64,000 nucleotides of DNA, from the NCBI GenBank assembly GCA_963836755.1, contig CAWIKF010000002.1, positions 480,001 through 544,000 of the forward strand. Direction: 5' to 3'. Origin of the DNA: an uncultured Verrucomicrobiae bacterium. GTDB taxonomy: Bacteria > Verrucomicrobiota > Verrucomicrobiia > Chthoniobacterales > Chthoniobacteraceae. Of the stretch, positions 10,621-20,719 are shown in pieces; position 1 is the stretch's first letter, and each line of letters starts with the position of its first letter. The translations under genes and the position numbers were made by a program. The notes beneath the pieces were generated by a model. That model worked only from the letters and a program-made list of their open reading frames with translations, had not been told where the DNA came from and searched no databases.

Positions 10621-10650
10621 CAGACGAGAGGCGGCACGCTCGGTTCGCAA

Positions 10651-12174
10651 ATGGCCAGCTCCGAAATCCCGACGCCGCTGCTCACGATGCGCGGCGTGCA
10701 GAAGCGCTTCGGCGCGACCTATGCGCTGAAAGGCGTCAATCTCACCGTCGATCCCGGCTCGGTGCATGCGCTCATCGGCGAAAACGGCGCGGGCAAAAGC
10801 ACGTTGATGAAAACGCTCTCCGGTGCTTGCACGGCCGACGCGGGCGAGATGACTTTTGACGGGCAGCCGTATGTGCCCGGCCATCCGCTGCACGCGCGCT
10901 CGCTCGGCGTTTGCATGATTTACCAAGAGCTCGCGCTCGCGCCGGATTTGAGCGTGATGGAAAATATCATGCTCGGCATCGAGCCGACGATCGGGCCGTT
11001 GATGAATTGGAAAAAAATCCGCGAAATTTCCCGCCGCGCGCTCGATGAAGTCGGGCTGCAGGAGATCGCGCCCGAGACAATCATCGGCGGACTTTCAATC
11101 GCCGAACAGCAGCTCGTGGAAATCGCGCGCGCGGTTTCCGTCGGGTGCAAAATCCTCGTGCTCGACGAGCCGACGAGCTCGCTCACGCAAAAAGATGTGC
11201 GCAAACTTTTCGAACTGGTGCGCCGGTTGAAGGCCAAAGGCGTGGCGATCGTTTACATCAGCCACGCGCTCGAGGAGGTCGAGGAGCTTTGCGATAAATT
11301 CACCGTGCTGCGCGACGGCGAAACCGTCGGCACCGGCAACGTCAGCGAAGTGCCGGTCAATCGCATCATCGCAATGATGGTCGGTCGCGACGTGCATGAT
11401 TTGTATCCGCGCTCGCCGCGCGTGGCGGGAGAAACTGTGCTCGATTTGAGCGAAGTCGCCGGCGCGAAACTTCCGAAAAATGCGTCGCTGCAATTGCGCC
11501 GCGGCGAGATTGTCGGCATCGCCGGCCTCATCGGCGCGGGCCGCACGGAAATGCTCCGCGCAATCTTCGGGCTCGACAGCGTGAAGTCCGGCAAAGTGCG
11601 CATCCACGAGTTTGTCGGCAACGCTTCGCCCGCGCGCCGATGGGAGGAAGGAATGGGCCTCGTGAGCGAAGACCGAAAAACGGAAGGCCTCGCGCAAAAT
11701 CTTTCCATCGCGGAAAATCTCACGCTTTCGAATCTCAACGGCCTCGGCCCGTGGCGCTTCGTTCTTCCCTTAAAACAGCGCGCCGCCTGCGACCCATGGA
11801 TTCAGGCTTTCCCGATCAAATGCCAGTCCGCCGATCAGCCGATCTCCGACCTTTCCGGCGGCAACCAGCAAAAAGTTGCCATCGCGCGGCTGCTCCATCA
11901 CGACGTCGATGTGCTGCTGCTCGACGAGCCGACGCGCGGGATCGACGTCGGTTCAAAGGCACAAATTTACGCCTTGATCGACAAACTCGCGCTCGCCTCG
12001 AACGGCAAAAAAGCGAAGGCCGTGCTCATCGTCAGCAGTTATCTGCCGGAGCTGCTTGGCATCTGCGACCGCATCGCCGTGATGACGCGCGGTGTGCTCG
12101 GCGAGGCAAAGCCGGTCGCCGAATGGACCGGGCATTCGTTGATGATGGCGGCCACTGGACAGGACGCGCGCTGA
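10651..12174 (+). CDS. Sugar ABC transporter ATP-binding protein (RbsA-like, duplicated domain)
   Basis: GENGAGKSTL, LDEPTSSL, LSGGNQQKV, LDEPTRGIDVG. Confidence 0.94.
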   Translation: MASSEIPTPLLTMRGVQKRFGATYALKGVNLTVDPGSVHALIGENGAGKSTLMKTLSGACTADAGEMTFDGQPYVPGHPLHARSLGVCMIYQELALAPDLSVMENIMLGIEPTIGPLMNWKKIREISRRALDEVGLQEIAPETIIGGLSIAEQQLVEIARAVSVGCKILVLDEPTSSLTQKDVRKLFELVRRLKAKGVAIVYISHALEEVEELCDKFTVLRDGETVGTGNVSEVPVNRIIAMMVGRDVHDLYPRSPRVAGETVLDLSEVAGAKLPKNASLQLRRGEIVGIAGLIGAGRTEMLRAIFGLDSVKSGKVRIHEFVGNASPARRWEEGMGLVSEDRKTEGLAQNLSIAENLTLSNLNGLGPWRFVLPLKQRAACDPWIQAFPIKCQSADQPISDLSGGNQQKVAIARLLHHDVDVLLLDEPTRGIDVGSKAQIYALIDKLALASNGKKAKAVLIVSSYLPELLGICDRIAVMTRGVLGEAKPVAEWTGHSLMMAATGQDAR

Positions 12175-12201
12175 ACTTTGACGCCACAAAACTTTTAAAC
12201 A

Positions 12202-13314
12202 ATGACTGACGACGAAAACCAAATCTCCCGCCCGACCAGCGACAACACCGCCGCGGGCGCGCACGCCACGCCAGCTTCCACCACAATCACCACGGTCGCC
12301 GGCAAAAAAAACAACCGCATCCTCGAGTTCATCGGGCGAATGGCCGCGCTCGCCGCCGTTTATCTTTTCTTCGTGTTGCTGACGCCTGCGAGCAAAGGTT
12401 TCACCTCCGATGCAAACACGCAGCTCATGCTGCAGGACATCGCCGTCGTCGCAATGTCCGCGATCGGCGCGACGATCATCATCATCGCCGGCGGCATCGA
12501 TCTCTCGGCCGGCTCCGTGATCGCGCTCTCGATGATCACCACCGCCTACGTGCTGAACATGGGACCCGAGGGCAACAAACTGGTCGTGCAGCATCCGTGT
12601 CTCATGCCGATCCTCGCCGTGCTCGCAGCGTCCGCCGTTGCCGGATTTGTCGGCATTTTAAATGGCGCGCTCGTCACGTTTTTACGCATCGTTCCGTTCA
12701 TCATCACGCTCGGCACGATGCAGATGGCGCGCGGTTTCGCGAAGCTGATCGCGCAGGAGCAGAACATTTATCCGCCGGCCGCAGTGCAGGATCTTTGGAT
12801 TGCGAAATTGCTAGATCCGGCGCGAACAGTTTTCACATTTCCGTTCCTGCCAATCGCCGTCTGGCTCGTGATCCTCGCTGCGATTTTGGCCGCGCTTTTT
12901 TTACGTTACACCCGACTCGGTCGTCATATTTTCGCGATTGGTTCCAACGAAAAAACCGCGATCCTTTGCGGCGTGCCGGTCAATCGCACGAAGCTGATGG
13001 TTTATCTCATCGGCGGATTGTTCAGCGGATTTGCGGGCATCATTTTCTTTGCGCGGCTCGGCGCGATCGGCCAGCCGACGGAAGCGATTGGCTACGAACT
13101 TTTCGTGATTGCCGCAGCGGTCATCGGCGGCGCCAGCCTTCTTGGCGGCCGCGGCACAATTCTCGGCACGATGATCGGCGCGCTCATCATCACGATCCTC
13201 CGCAACGGCGGCGTCAAGATGGGCTGGCCGCAATACGTGCAAGAAATCGTGATGGGCGCCGTCATCATCGTCGCAGTGACGATCGATAATTTGCGAAATC
13301 GAAAATCTACCTGA
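12202..13314 (+). CDS. Sugar ABC transporter permease (RbsC-like)
   Basis: GGIDLSAGS, PFIITLGTM, GRHIFAIGSNE, IAAAVIGGASLLGGRG. Confidence 0.92.
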   Translation: MTDDENQISRPTSDNTAAGAHATPASTTITTVAGKKNNRILEFIGRMAALAAVYLFFVLLTPASKGFTSDANTQLMLQDIAVVAMSAIGATIIIIAGGIDLSAGSVIALSMITTAYVLNMGPEGNKLVVQHPCLMPILAVLAASAVAGFVGILNGALVTFLRIVPFIITLGTMQMARGFAKLIAQEQNIYPPAAVQDLWIAKLLDPARTVFTFPFLPIAVWLVILAAILAALFLRYTRLGRHIFAIGSNEKTAILCGVPVNRTKLMVYLIGGLFSGFAGIIFFARLGAIGQPTEAIGYELFVIAAAVIGGASLLGGRGTILGTMIGALIITILRNGGVKMGWPQYVQEIVMGAVIIVAVTIDNLRNRKST

Positions 13315-13322
13315 CGCGCGAT

Positions 13323-15821
13323 TTAGAAAGAATCGACCAGGGAAAAAATTCGCGGCGCGGCAAAATTTTCTGAGTCTTGCGCGTCCGCAAACTTGAGCGA
13401 GATCGTGCGCGATTCGCCCGCGCAAAGATGAAAAAAGTTGTCGGAGATTTGCGCGGCGGAATGCGGTTCGATGCAGACCGCGAAGCAAAAAACTTTTGCA
13501 TGAAGCGTGATGCAAAGTTCGCGCGGCGAATTCCACTGATGTGATTGCGCGATCGTCTCGCGGCGCAATTTTAAATACCGCGGCGCGGTAAAAAATGAAA
13601 AGTTGCGTGAAAGTTCGCCACCCTTTTCCGCATCGATCAGACGAGTCTGCAAAAACGCATTCTCTTTTCCGCAATCGCGCAGTTCGCGGCTGAAGTCGAG
13701 CGTGTGCCGCAAGAGAGATTTGCCGCATTCGAGATCCACATTTTCTCCGCCCGCAGCGAGCTCCTCTCCATCGAGCTTCGTGAGATGCCAGGAAAGTTTG
13801 ACGCCAATTTTTTCCGGCGCATCGCTGACGGTCCAGATCTCGGCGCCGCCGCGCGTGTTGCGTCGATAATTCCCGATGCCCCTCTTTTCGCTTCCATGCA
13901 ATTTCACGCACACGAGCGCGGGCGCGAAAAACTCGCGAGCCCAGTAATGAAGCGCCTTCCAGCCGCCTCCGAACTCGAGGCTGCTCCATGACGCGACCGG
14001 CCAGCAATCGTTGAGTTGCCAGTAAAGTGCACCGAGACATTGCGGCTGCTGGCGTCGAAAATGCTCGACCGCGATTTTCATGCAATGCGCCTGGTTGAGC
14101 TGCGAAAGATAGCTCAGCGCGCGGTAATCGCGCGGATGGCGAAAGAGCTGCGAGAGGTAGTGAAAAATGATTGCGTTGCCGCCCGCGTTTTTTTGGTGCG
14201 CCTCGAAAATCGGCGACAAAATATTCAGCTCTTCCGGCGGGCAAAACGTCGCGGCTACGCGCGGTGACGGATAACTTTGCATGCCGAATTCACTGACAAA
14301 GCGGTGCGCCGTTTTTTCATAATGCTCCACCGGTTTGCGCGCGTGCCAGACTTCCCAATCGTGCGCATCGCGGCCTGGCGCCTCGCTCGCGGGCAGGCCG
14401 GCGATTGCAAGAACCGGTGACGAATGAACGTATGGCGTCGCCGGATCAAACTCACGAACGGCAGCGGGCAGCGTCTCGAGAAAAAGTTTTCTGTATTCCT
14501 CGCGCAGCGCCGCATCGCGATCCAGCGTCGCGCCATTCATCATGACGACCTCATTGTTCCCACACCAAAGCGCGAGGCATGCGTGATGCCGCACGCGCGT
14601 GATCTGGTCGCGCGCCTCGCGTTTCACCGATACGAGGAACGGCTCATCCGCCGAATATCGCGTGCAGGCAAACATGAAATCCTGCCAGACGAGCAGCCCG
14701 AGTTCGTCGCACAAATCGTAAAAAGCGTCGTGCTCGTAAATGCCGCCGCCCCAGACGCGAATCATGTTCATGTGAGCATCCGCAGCCGATCTCAGCAGCG
14801 GCTCGTAGTCGTCGCGCGTCAAACTTGCGACGAAGCTGTGCGCCGGAATCCAGTTCGCGCCTTTGCAGAACATTAAACGGCCGTTGACTCGAAAGCCGAA
14901 GCGGCTCGGCAGCGGATTGCCGTCATGTTTTTCAAAACTTTCGTCGGGACCGCAATCGAGTGCGATCGTGCGCAGTCCGACCTTGCGCGACCAGTTTGAA
15001 ACGGATGCGCCGTTTTCCAAAAGATCGACAGTGAGTTCGTAGAGCGGCTGCGCGCCTTGTCCCGCTGGCCACCACAACTTTGGAGTTTTGATTTCGAGCT
15101 TCGGATTTCGCCCTTCATCCTGCGCCGCAATTTCGTTGCCGAATGAAATAGTTGTCCGAAAAATTACCTCCGGATTCAGCGACGAAATTTCCGGGAAAAG
15201 TTTTAGCTCCACTTTGTCCGGCAGATGATTTTGCTCGATCCGCACCGATTTAATGCGGCTGCCCGACCAGGCATCGATCCAGATCGGGCGCCAGATTCCG
15301 CACGTGACGAAGCGCGGTCCCCAGTCCCAGCCGAACTGGCATTGCTGCTTGCGGATGCGCGTGCAGCCGCCGACCGGATCGTTTGATTCCGTCGGCGTGT
15401 GCCAGGTGCGATGAGTGCGGATGTATTGCAGAGCGCTTCCGAAACGGATTTCCATGACATTTTCGCCCGCGCACAAAATGCCTTTCACCGGCAGCCGATG
15501 GCCCTGAAACATGTTGTCGTTTTCGAGGATGATGCGGCCGTTCAACCGCGCAATCGCCACGGTATCGAGTCCCTCGCAAACCAGCTCCAGATGCTCTTCC
15601 GCAAGCAATGCGGCATCGACATCGAACTGCAACCGATACTCCCAATCTCGTTCCTCGATCCATTGCAGATCGATTTCGTTTTGACCAAAAAACGGATCGG
15701 GAATCAGCCCGTGGCGAAGCAGATCGGTGTGAATGCAACCGGGCACGCTCGCGTCGCGCCAATCGGATTCGCTCCCTGCTTCGCGAAATTGCCAGCCGGA
15801 ATGGAGTCGGTGTGACGTCAT
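13323..15821 (-). CDS. GH2 beta-mannosidase
   Basis: FGWDWGP, KGANWIP, MNMIRVWGGGIYE, acid/base WCGNNE, nucleophile FVSEFG, YWQLNDCWP. Confidence 0.92.
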   Translation of the reverse strand: MTSHRLHSGWQFREAGSESDWRDASVPGCIHTDLLRHGLIPDPFFGQNEIDLQWIEERDWEYRLQFDVDAALLAEEHLELVCEGLDTVAIARLNGRIILENDNMFQGHRLPVKGILCAGENVMEIRFGSALQYIRTHRTWHTPTESNDPVGGCTRIRKQQCQFGWDWGPRFVTCGIWRPIWIDAWSGSRIKSVRIEQNHLPDKVELKLFPEISSLNPEVIFRTTISFGNEIAAQDEGRNPKLEIKTPKLWWPAGQGAQPLYELTVDLLENGASVSNWSRKVGLRTIALDCGPDESFEKHDGNPLPSRFGFRVNGRLMFCKGANWIPAHSFVASLTRDDYEPLLRSAADAHMNMIRVWGGGIYEHDAFYDLCDELGLLVWQDFMFACTRYSADEPFLVSVKREARDQITRVRHHACLALWCGNNEVVMMNGATLDRDAALREEYRKLFLETLPAAVREFDPATPYVHSSPVLAIAGLPASEAPGRDAHDWEVWHARKPVEHYEKTAHRFVSEFGMQSYPSPRVAATFCPPEELNILSPIFEAHQKNAGGNAIIFHYLSQLFRHPRDYRALSYLSQLNQAHCMKIAVEHFRRQQPQCLGALYWQLNDCWPVASWSSLEFGGGWKALHYWAREFFAPALVCVKLHGSEKRGIGNYRRNTRGGAEIWTVSDAPEKIGVKLSWHLTKLDGEELAAGGENVDLECGKSLLRHTLDFSRELRDCGKENAFLQTRLIDAEKGGELSRNFSFFTAPRYLKLRRETIAQSHQWNSPRELCITLHAKVFCFAVCIEPHSAAQISDNFFHLCAGESRTISLKFADAQDSENFAAPRIFSLVDSF

Positions 15822-15864
15822 GGAACTTTGGCGCGCGAAGAATATCGCGGCGATTCCCCCGCGG

Positions 15865-16284
15865 CTACCTTCGCATTTTCAACAGCAGAACCGGCACGTT
15901 GACTTGATGGCGGACTTTGTCGACAGTGGAGCCGTAAAGCATGTCGCTGATGAAGCGGTGGCCGTGTGTGGACATGGCCACGAGATCGCAGCCGCGCGTT
16001 TCTATCCACCGGATGATTTGATCCGCCGGTTCGCCAAACGCGAGCTCCACCTCGACGTGAATGCCTTCTGCAGTCAGCAGGGACTGCATGGACTCGAGAT
16101 AGGCTTGGTCCTTTTTTATTTCAGCACTGACGGCGTCGGAACCGAACAGACGCGCAGCCCAACCGTCGGCGACGTGCAAAAGCACGACAGAACTTTGGAA
16201 TGTTTTCGCCAGCGACGTGACGTGTTTCAAAATCGTCTCGTCAGCGCCTGTCGCGTCGAGAGCGACTAAAATTTTGCGATACAT
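15865..16284 (-). CDS. Universal stress protein
   Basis: MYRKILVALD, DLVAMSTHG, GSTVDKV..VNVPVLL. Confidence 0.92.
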   Translation of the reverse strand: MYRKILVALDATGADETILKHVTSLAKTFQSSVVLLHVADGWAARLFGSDAVSAEIKKDQAYLESMQSLLTAEGIHVEVELAFGEPADQIIRWIETRGCDLVAMSTHGHRFISDMLYGSTVDKVRHQVNVPVLLLKMRR

Positions 16285-16305
16285 TCTTTAAAAGGACGTT
16301 CAGTG

Positions 16306-17700
16306 TCAGTGATGGGCGAAAATTGCGAGCGCATTGTGGATTGCGCCTGGCAGCCCGTAAATGTCGAGCCCCGTGATGAGCAGACATGAGGTCCAGCCGG
16401 CGATCAGCAGGAACCAGCCGTTGCGATGCTTGCCCATCAAACGCCTCGAGCCGGTGAAGCAGAGCAGCGGAAACATCGCGAGCGGAAGCTGGATCGCGAG
16501 CACGACTTGACTGAGGTTTAAAAGGTCGTTGACCCCGCCATCGCCGCGGCCGCCGATCAGAACGATCGCGGGGATGATCGCCAGCAGGCGGGTGATCAAA
16601 CGGCGCACCCACGGCCGGATTTTCCAGTCCATGAAACCCTCCATCACGACCTGGCCGGCCAGCGTGCCGGTGATGGTGCTGCTTTGCCCGCTCGCCAGCA
16701 GCGCGAGCGCGAAAAGAATGCTGGCCGCGGCTGTGCCGAGCAGCGGCGAGAGCGTGAGATATGCGACGCGGATCCAGTCTGAGTTGGCGTTCAGCGCGAC
16801 CACTGGTCCGTTCGCCAGCGCGATTTTGTCTTTGCCGAAAAAGACCACCGCAGCGAGCACCAAAATCGCGGCGTTTACAAAAAACGCGATGGTCAACGCG
16901 ATGACAGAGTCGAGGGTGTTGAAGCGAATCGCGCGCCGCACCGACGCATCGTCCGCCTGCAACTTCCGCGACTGCACGAGCGCGGAATGCAGATACAAAT
17001 TATGCGGCATCACCGTGGCCCCGATGATTCCGATCGCGATGAAAATCATTTCCTTGTTGCGAAAAAATTCCGACAGCTGCGGCGCGATCGTCGCGGAGGC
17101 CGCTGCGAGAAGGTCAGGCGTGGTCTGCGGCAGGACGAAGATTTCGATGAAATAACAAATGCCAATCGTTCCGATCAGCACACAAATCACTCCCTCGATC
17201 AGGCGCATTCCGAGACGTTGCAGCGAAAGGAGCAGCAGCACATCGAAGGCCGTGATGCAGACCGCCAAGAGCAACGAGATGCGCGGAAAGAGGAGATGAA
17301 TCGCGACGGCGCTGCCAAGCACCTCCGCCAGATCGCAAGCGGCGATTGCGAATTCGCAACTCAGGTAATTTGGCCAGCGCGTCCAGCCCGGCAGATGATC
17401 GCGGCAGCATTGCGCCAGATCTTTTCCTGTCACCACGCCGAGCCGCGCAGCCATCACCTGCAGGAAGATCGCCATGAGGCTCGCGAGCGCGACGATCCAG
17501 AGCAGCCCGTATTTAAAGCTCGCTCCCGCACTCAGATCCGTGGACCAATTTCCCGGATCCATGTAGCCGACGCTAACGAGCATCGCCGGACCGGCGAAAG
17601 CGAGATATTGCCGCCATGGATGGGCGGAAACCGGCGGAACGTTTACCGTGCCGTGAAGGCCTTCCAAGGAACGATGGCGCTCTGGCGGAATGTTGCTCAT
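16306..17700 (-). CDS. mntH: Nramp family Mn2+/Fe2+ transporter
   Basis: GYMDPGNW, GATVMPHNLYLHS, GQSSTITGTLAGQVVMEGF. Start ATG 17700. Confidence 0.95.
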   Translation of the reverse strand: MSNIPPERHRSLEGLHGTVNVPPVSAHPWRQYLAFAGPAMLVSVGYMDPGNWSTDLSAGASFKYGLLWIVALASLMAIFLQVMAARLGVVTGKDLAQCCRDHLPGWTRWPNYLSCEFAIAACDLAEVLGSAVAIHLLFPRISLLLAVCITAFDVLLLLSLQRLGMRLIEGVICVLIGTIGICYFIEIFVLPQTTPDLLAAASATIAPQLSEFFRNKEMIFIAIGIIGATVMPHNLYLHSALVQSRKLQADDASVRRAIRFNTLDSVIALTIAFFVNAAILVLAAVVFFGKDKIALANGPVVALNANSDWIRVAYLTLSPLLGTAAASILFALALLASGQSSTITGTLAGQVVMEGFMDWKIRPWVRRLITRLLAIIPAIVLIGGRGDGGVNDLLNLSQVVLAIQLPLAMFPLLCFTGSRRLMGKHRNGWFLLIAGWTSCLLITGLDIYGLPGAIHNALAIFAHH

Positions 17701-17749
17701 CGAGTTTCGACGTAGCCTCGCGCAATAGTTTTTAACATAGCCAAAACTT

Positions 17750-17806
17750 TGTAGCATTGGTTACAAGGCCGCCGGCTCGATGTCAACAAGTGTAGCCAAT
17801 GTTACA
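17750..17806. promoter_or_regulatory. Two MntR-type operator palindromes in the divergent mntH/mntR promoter region
   Basis: TGTAGC-ATTG-GTTACA (17750-17765) and TGTAGC-CAAT-GTTACA (17791-17806) flank a minus-strand TTGACA (17781-17786). Confidence 0.7.
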
Positions 17807-17851
17807 AAATAAAACCTCGACCGAAAAATCGCCTCTCACTACTTTCCCGCC

Positions 17852-18319
17852 ATGCAGCCTCCCGTCCGAAAAAAAGGCGCGAGCAAACCGGATGTTCGCG
17901 CGTCCGCGTTGCAGGCGGAAAATCTGCGCCGGTTGCGCCGCGATCACGCTGGCGAAATCGCGCAGGATTATGTCGAGGCGATCGCCGATCTTTCAGCGGC
18001 CGTGGGTGAGGCGCGTGTAACCGATTTGGCCCGGCGGCTCGGCGTCACGCATGTTACCGTCAATCGCACGCTCGCGCGGTTGCGGCAGGCCGGTTACGTG
18101 AACACGAAACCTTACCGCGCCATTTTTCTGACGGATTCTGGTCGCAAGCTCGCCGAGGAATCCAAACGGCGGCACGAGACGGTCGTCACTTTTTTGCATG
18201 CGATCGGCGTTTCCGCGAAAGTGGCGGAGATGGACGCCGAGGGCATCGAGCACCACGTAAGCAAGGAAACTTTGACGGCATTTGTAAAACATCTGGAAAA
18301 GAATCGGCATGCACATTAA
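17852..18319 (+). CDS. mntR: Manganese-dependent DtxR-family regulator
   Basis: QDYVEAIADL, GEARVTDLARRLGV, PYRAIFLT, DAEGIEHHVS. Divergent from mntH. Confidence 0.92.
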   Translation: MQPPVRKKGASKPDVRASALQAENLRRLRRDHAGEIAQDYVEAIADLSAAVGEARVTDLARRLGVTHVTVNRTLARLRQAGYVNTKPYRAIFLTDSGRKLAEESKRRHETVVTFLHAIGVSAKVAEMDAEGIEHHVSKETLTAFVKHLEKNRHAH

Positions 18320-19229
18320 ACATTTCCGCTTCGGCGGCTGGGAGCACAACCTCCAGATCGGCAATGAGCACGTGGAGCTGATCATCAGCCTCGACGTCGG
18401 CCCGCGCATCCTTTCCTACAAAACGCTGAGCGGCGAAAACGTGCTCAAGAATTATCCCGAGCAAATGGGCAAATGCGGCGAGGACAAATGGATGATCCGC
18501 GGCGGACATCGGTTTTGGATCGCGCCCGAAGACGAGGTGCTCAGCTACGTGCCCGACAACGCGCCGGTGAATCACGAGTTCATCGGCGACGACGGCGTGC
18601 GACTAACGAACGTCGGCGTCGATCCGTGGAAAATAAAAAAGGAAATGACCGTCACGCTCGCGGCCGACAGCTCAGCGGTCACGATCTTCCACCGCGCCAC
18701 CAATGAAGGCTCCGCGCCTATCGAGATCGCGACGTGGGGTTTGACCGTAATGGAGCCCGGCGGCCTCGAGATCATCCCGCAACCGCAGCTCGGCCAACAT
18801 CCGCGCGACTTGCTGCCGAACAGGCTCATGGTCATCTGGCCTTACACGGACATGACCGATCCGCGCTGGCGCTTCGGCTGGAAATTCATCACGCTGCGCC
18901 AGACGGCGGACGGCTTTCCGACGAAGCTCGGCCTCGCGCATCAAGCCGGCTGGGTCGCATACCTGATGCGCGATGTGCTTTTTGTAAAAACTTTTACGCA
19001 CGAGCCGGCGGCGATCTATCCCGACCACGGCTGCAACTTTGAAACGTTCACGAACTCCGAAATGCTCGAGATCGAATCGCTCGGGCCGCTCAAAAAAATC
19101 GCGCCTGGAGAATCGACCGAGCACACGGAAAAGTGGTATCTGCTCGACGTGCCTGAGCAGCCGGGTTCATTGAAAGAGCCCGCGCTCAGTGAGTGGATCG
19201 AGCCGCAACTGCGGCGCATCGGCCTCTAA
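18309..19229 (+). CDS. Conserved hypothetical beta-rich protein (galactose-mutarotase-like/DUF4380-like)
   Basis: DVGPRILSY, GGHRFWIAPE, YPDHGCNFETFTN, EIESLGPL. Family assignment from memory. Confidence 0.6.
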   Translation: MHIKHFRFGGWEHNLQIGNEHVELIISLDVGPRILSYKTLSGENVLKNYPEQMGKCGEDKWMIRGGHRFWIAPEDEVLSYVPDNAPVNHEFIGDDGVRLTNVGVDPWKIKKEMTVTLAADSSAVTIFHRATNEGSAPIEIATWGLTVMEPGGLEIIPQPQLGQHPRDLLPNRLMVIWPYTDMTDPRWRFGWKFITLRQTADGFPTKLGLAHQAGWVAYLMRDVLFVKTFTHEPAAIYPDHGCNFETFTNSEMLEIESLGPLKKIAPGESTEHTEKWYLLDVPEQPGSLKEPALSEWIEPQLRRIGL

Positions 19230-19236
19230 ATCTGCC

Positions 19237-19713
19237 ATGAAAATAATCGTTAACACTCTGCTGGTCCTTGCCGGCTTGCTTTCATTCACCAGTTGCCAAA
19301 CGGCCGAAATGGAAGGAATCCAGAATGCACGCATCGCCATGAATGATGCGATCAAAGCTGAGCCGCCGGGCGACTACTACATCGGCCGGCGCTTTTACAA
19401 AGTGGATTACAAATTCTGGGGCTTCGTGCGCGAGCCGGGTCAGCCGTGGGCCACCTCGAAACTGGTCATGATGAATGAGCAGCAAAAGCTCGCGCCCGAT
19501 CGCGCCGGCGGAAAACTCGGGAGCGACAATGGCTACGAATACAAACTTTTCGGCCATTTCTCGCCCGACAAAGTTTACGAGCCGGCGAGCAACGGCTTTT
19601 ACCCGGAGTTTGTGCTGACGGGCTACCAGCTGATCTCGACTTCGCCGCCGCCGATTTTGTCGACGCCCGGCGCCACTGATCCGGCGCGCCGGATCATCGA
19701 GCAGCCGCGTTAG
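19237..19713 (+). CDS. Hypothetical lipoprotein
   Basis: Signal peptide with FTSC lipobox; typical codon usage. Confidence 0.7.
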   Translation: MKIIVNTLLVLAGLLSFTSCQTAEMEGIQNARIAMNDAIKAEPPGDYYIGRRFYKVDYKFWGFVREPGQPWATSKLVMMNEQQKLAPDRAGGKLGSDNGYEYKLFGHFSPDKVYEPASNGFYPEFVLTGYQLISTSPPPILSTPGATDPARRIIEQPR

Positions 19714-20198
19714 TCTTCCCAGTCGCTCAATTGCAGCTGCGCATTGTCGGCGCGCGTGAGCTGCCAGTCCCACGGCTTCCAGCTTTGACGCGTCCATTCA
19801 AAAACGAACGGCGTTTGCAGCTTGTTGACTTCCTGCTGCGCATTCGCGGCCAGCGCGGTGCCGGTTCCATCGAACTTTAATTGCGCCGTCACGCGCGCGT
19901 GGTTACCGCTGATTTCGCAGCGAAGCACGTCGCCCGAAATAGTGAGCACGAAAAACTGGCGCAGAACTTCCCGGCTTTCGCGCAGGATCAAAGTTTTGTC
20001 GTGCCGCCAGCGATCCGTGTAGTTCGGCGCGATGAAATCAGCGATCCTCGACCAGTTTCGCGATTCCGTTGCGCGCAAAAAATGCGTGTGATGAAGCCGC
20101 ACCTGCCGATCCGGTTGCCAAAGCCAGAAATCAAAAAGTGCAATTGCAACCGCAAGCAAGCTTGCCAGCGATATTACGATTTTGGTCTTAATCGTCAT
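19710..20198 (-). CDS. Hypothetical membrane-anchored protein, possibly NTF2-like
   Basis: N-terminal TM helix, then IADFIAPNYTD and strands ending WQLTRAD. Confidence 0.65.
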   Translation of the reverse strand: MTIKTKIVISLASLLAVAIALFDFWLWQPDRQVRLHHTHFLRATESRNWSRIADFIAPNYTDRWRHDKTLILRESREVLRQFFVLTISGDVLRCEISGNHARVTAQLKFDGTGTALAANAQQEVNKLQTPFVFEWTRQSWKPWDWQLTRADNAQLQLSDWED

Positions 20199-20661
20199 GC
20201 CTTCAGCTACGGAACTTCGTTATCGTTTGAGTGTCGCGGCGATCCTGCAAAATCGCGAAGGCAAAATTCTCGTGTGCGAGCGCATCGACCAGCGCGACGC
20301 GTGGCAATTTCCGCAGGGCGGCGTCGATGAAGGCGAGACGCTCGCCGAGGCGCTGGCCCGCGAGCTCGTCGAGGAAATTTCCCTCAAAGCAAAGCACTAC
20401 AGCATTGTCTCGAGCAAAGGTCCGTATCGTTATCTTTACGGCGGCGGGAAATTGAAAAGAGGATATCACGGCAAGGAGCAGCATTATTTTTTGGCAGATC
20501 TCACCGGCCCCGCATCGGCCGTGGATGTGGCCACACCGCATCCGGAATTCCGCGCGGCGCGCTGGATTCTGCCGTCCCAATTTGATCCCGAATGGCTGCC
20601 GGAAATGAAGCGCGCGGTTTATCGTGCGGTGCTGCAAGATTTTCTCAGTGTAACGATTTAG
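20197..20661 (+). CDS. Nudix hydrolase, RppH-like
   Basis: AWQFPQGGVDEGETLAEALARELVEE Nudix box, YHGKEQHYF, PEFRAARW, KRAVYRAVL. Confidence 0.88.
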   Translation: MPSATELRYRLSVAAILQNREGKILVCERIDQRDAWQFPQGGVDEGETLAEALARELVEEISLKAKHYSIVSSKGPYRYLYGGGKLKRGYHGKEQHYFLADLTGPASAVDVATPHPEFRAARWILPSQFDPEWLPEMKRAVYRAVLQDFLSVTI

Positions 20662-20719
20662 TTAAGCATGTGAAATGCTGTTGACCTTTATATTCGCAGC
20701 GTTCACAACGCTTCCGCTT

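Noticed and set aside
9568..10926. 452-aa minus-strand ORF and other long antisense ORFs (12901-14244, 37287-38411, 62272-63435)
   Set aside because: They shadow well-supported genes in GC-rich DNA, are Arg/Ala-rich and have no motifs.
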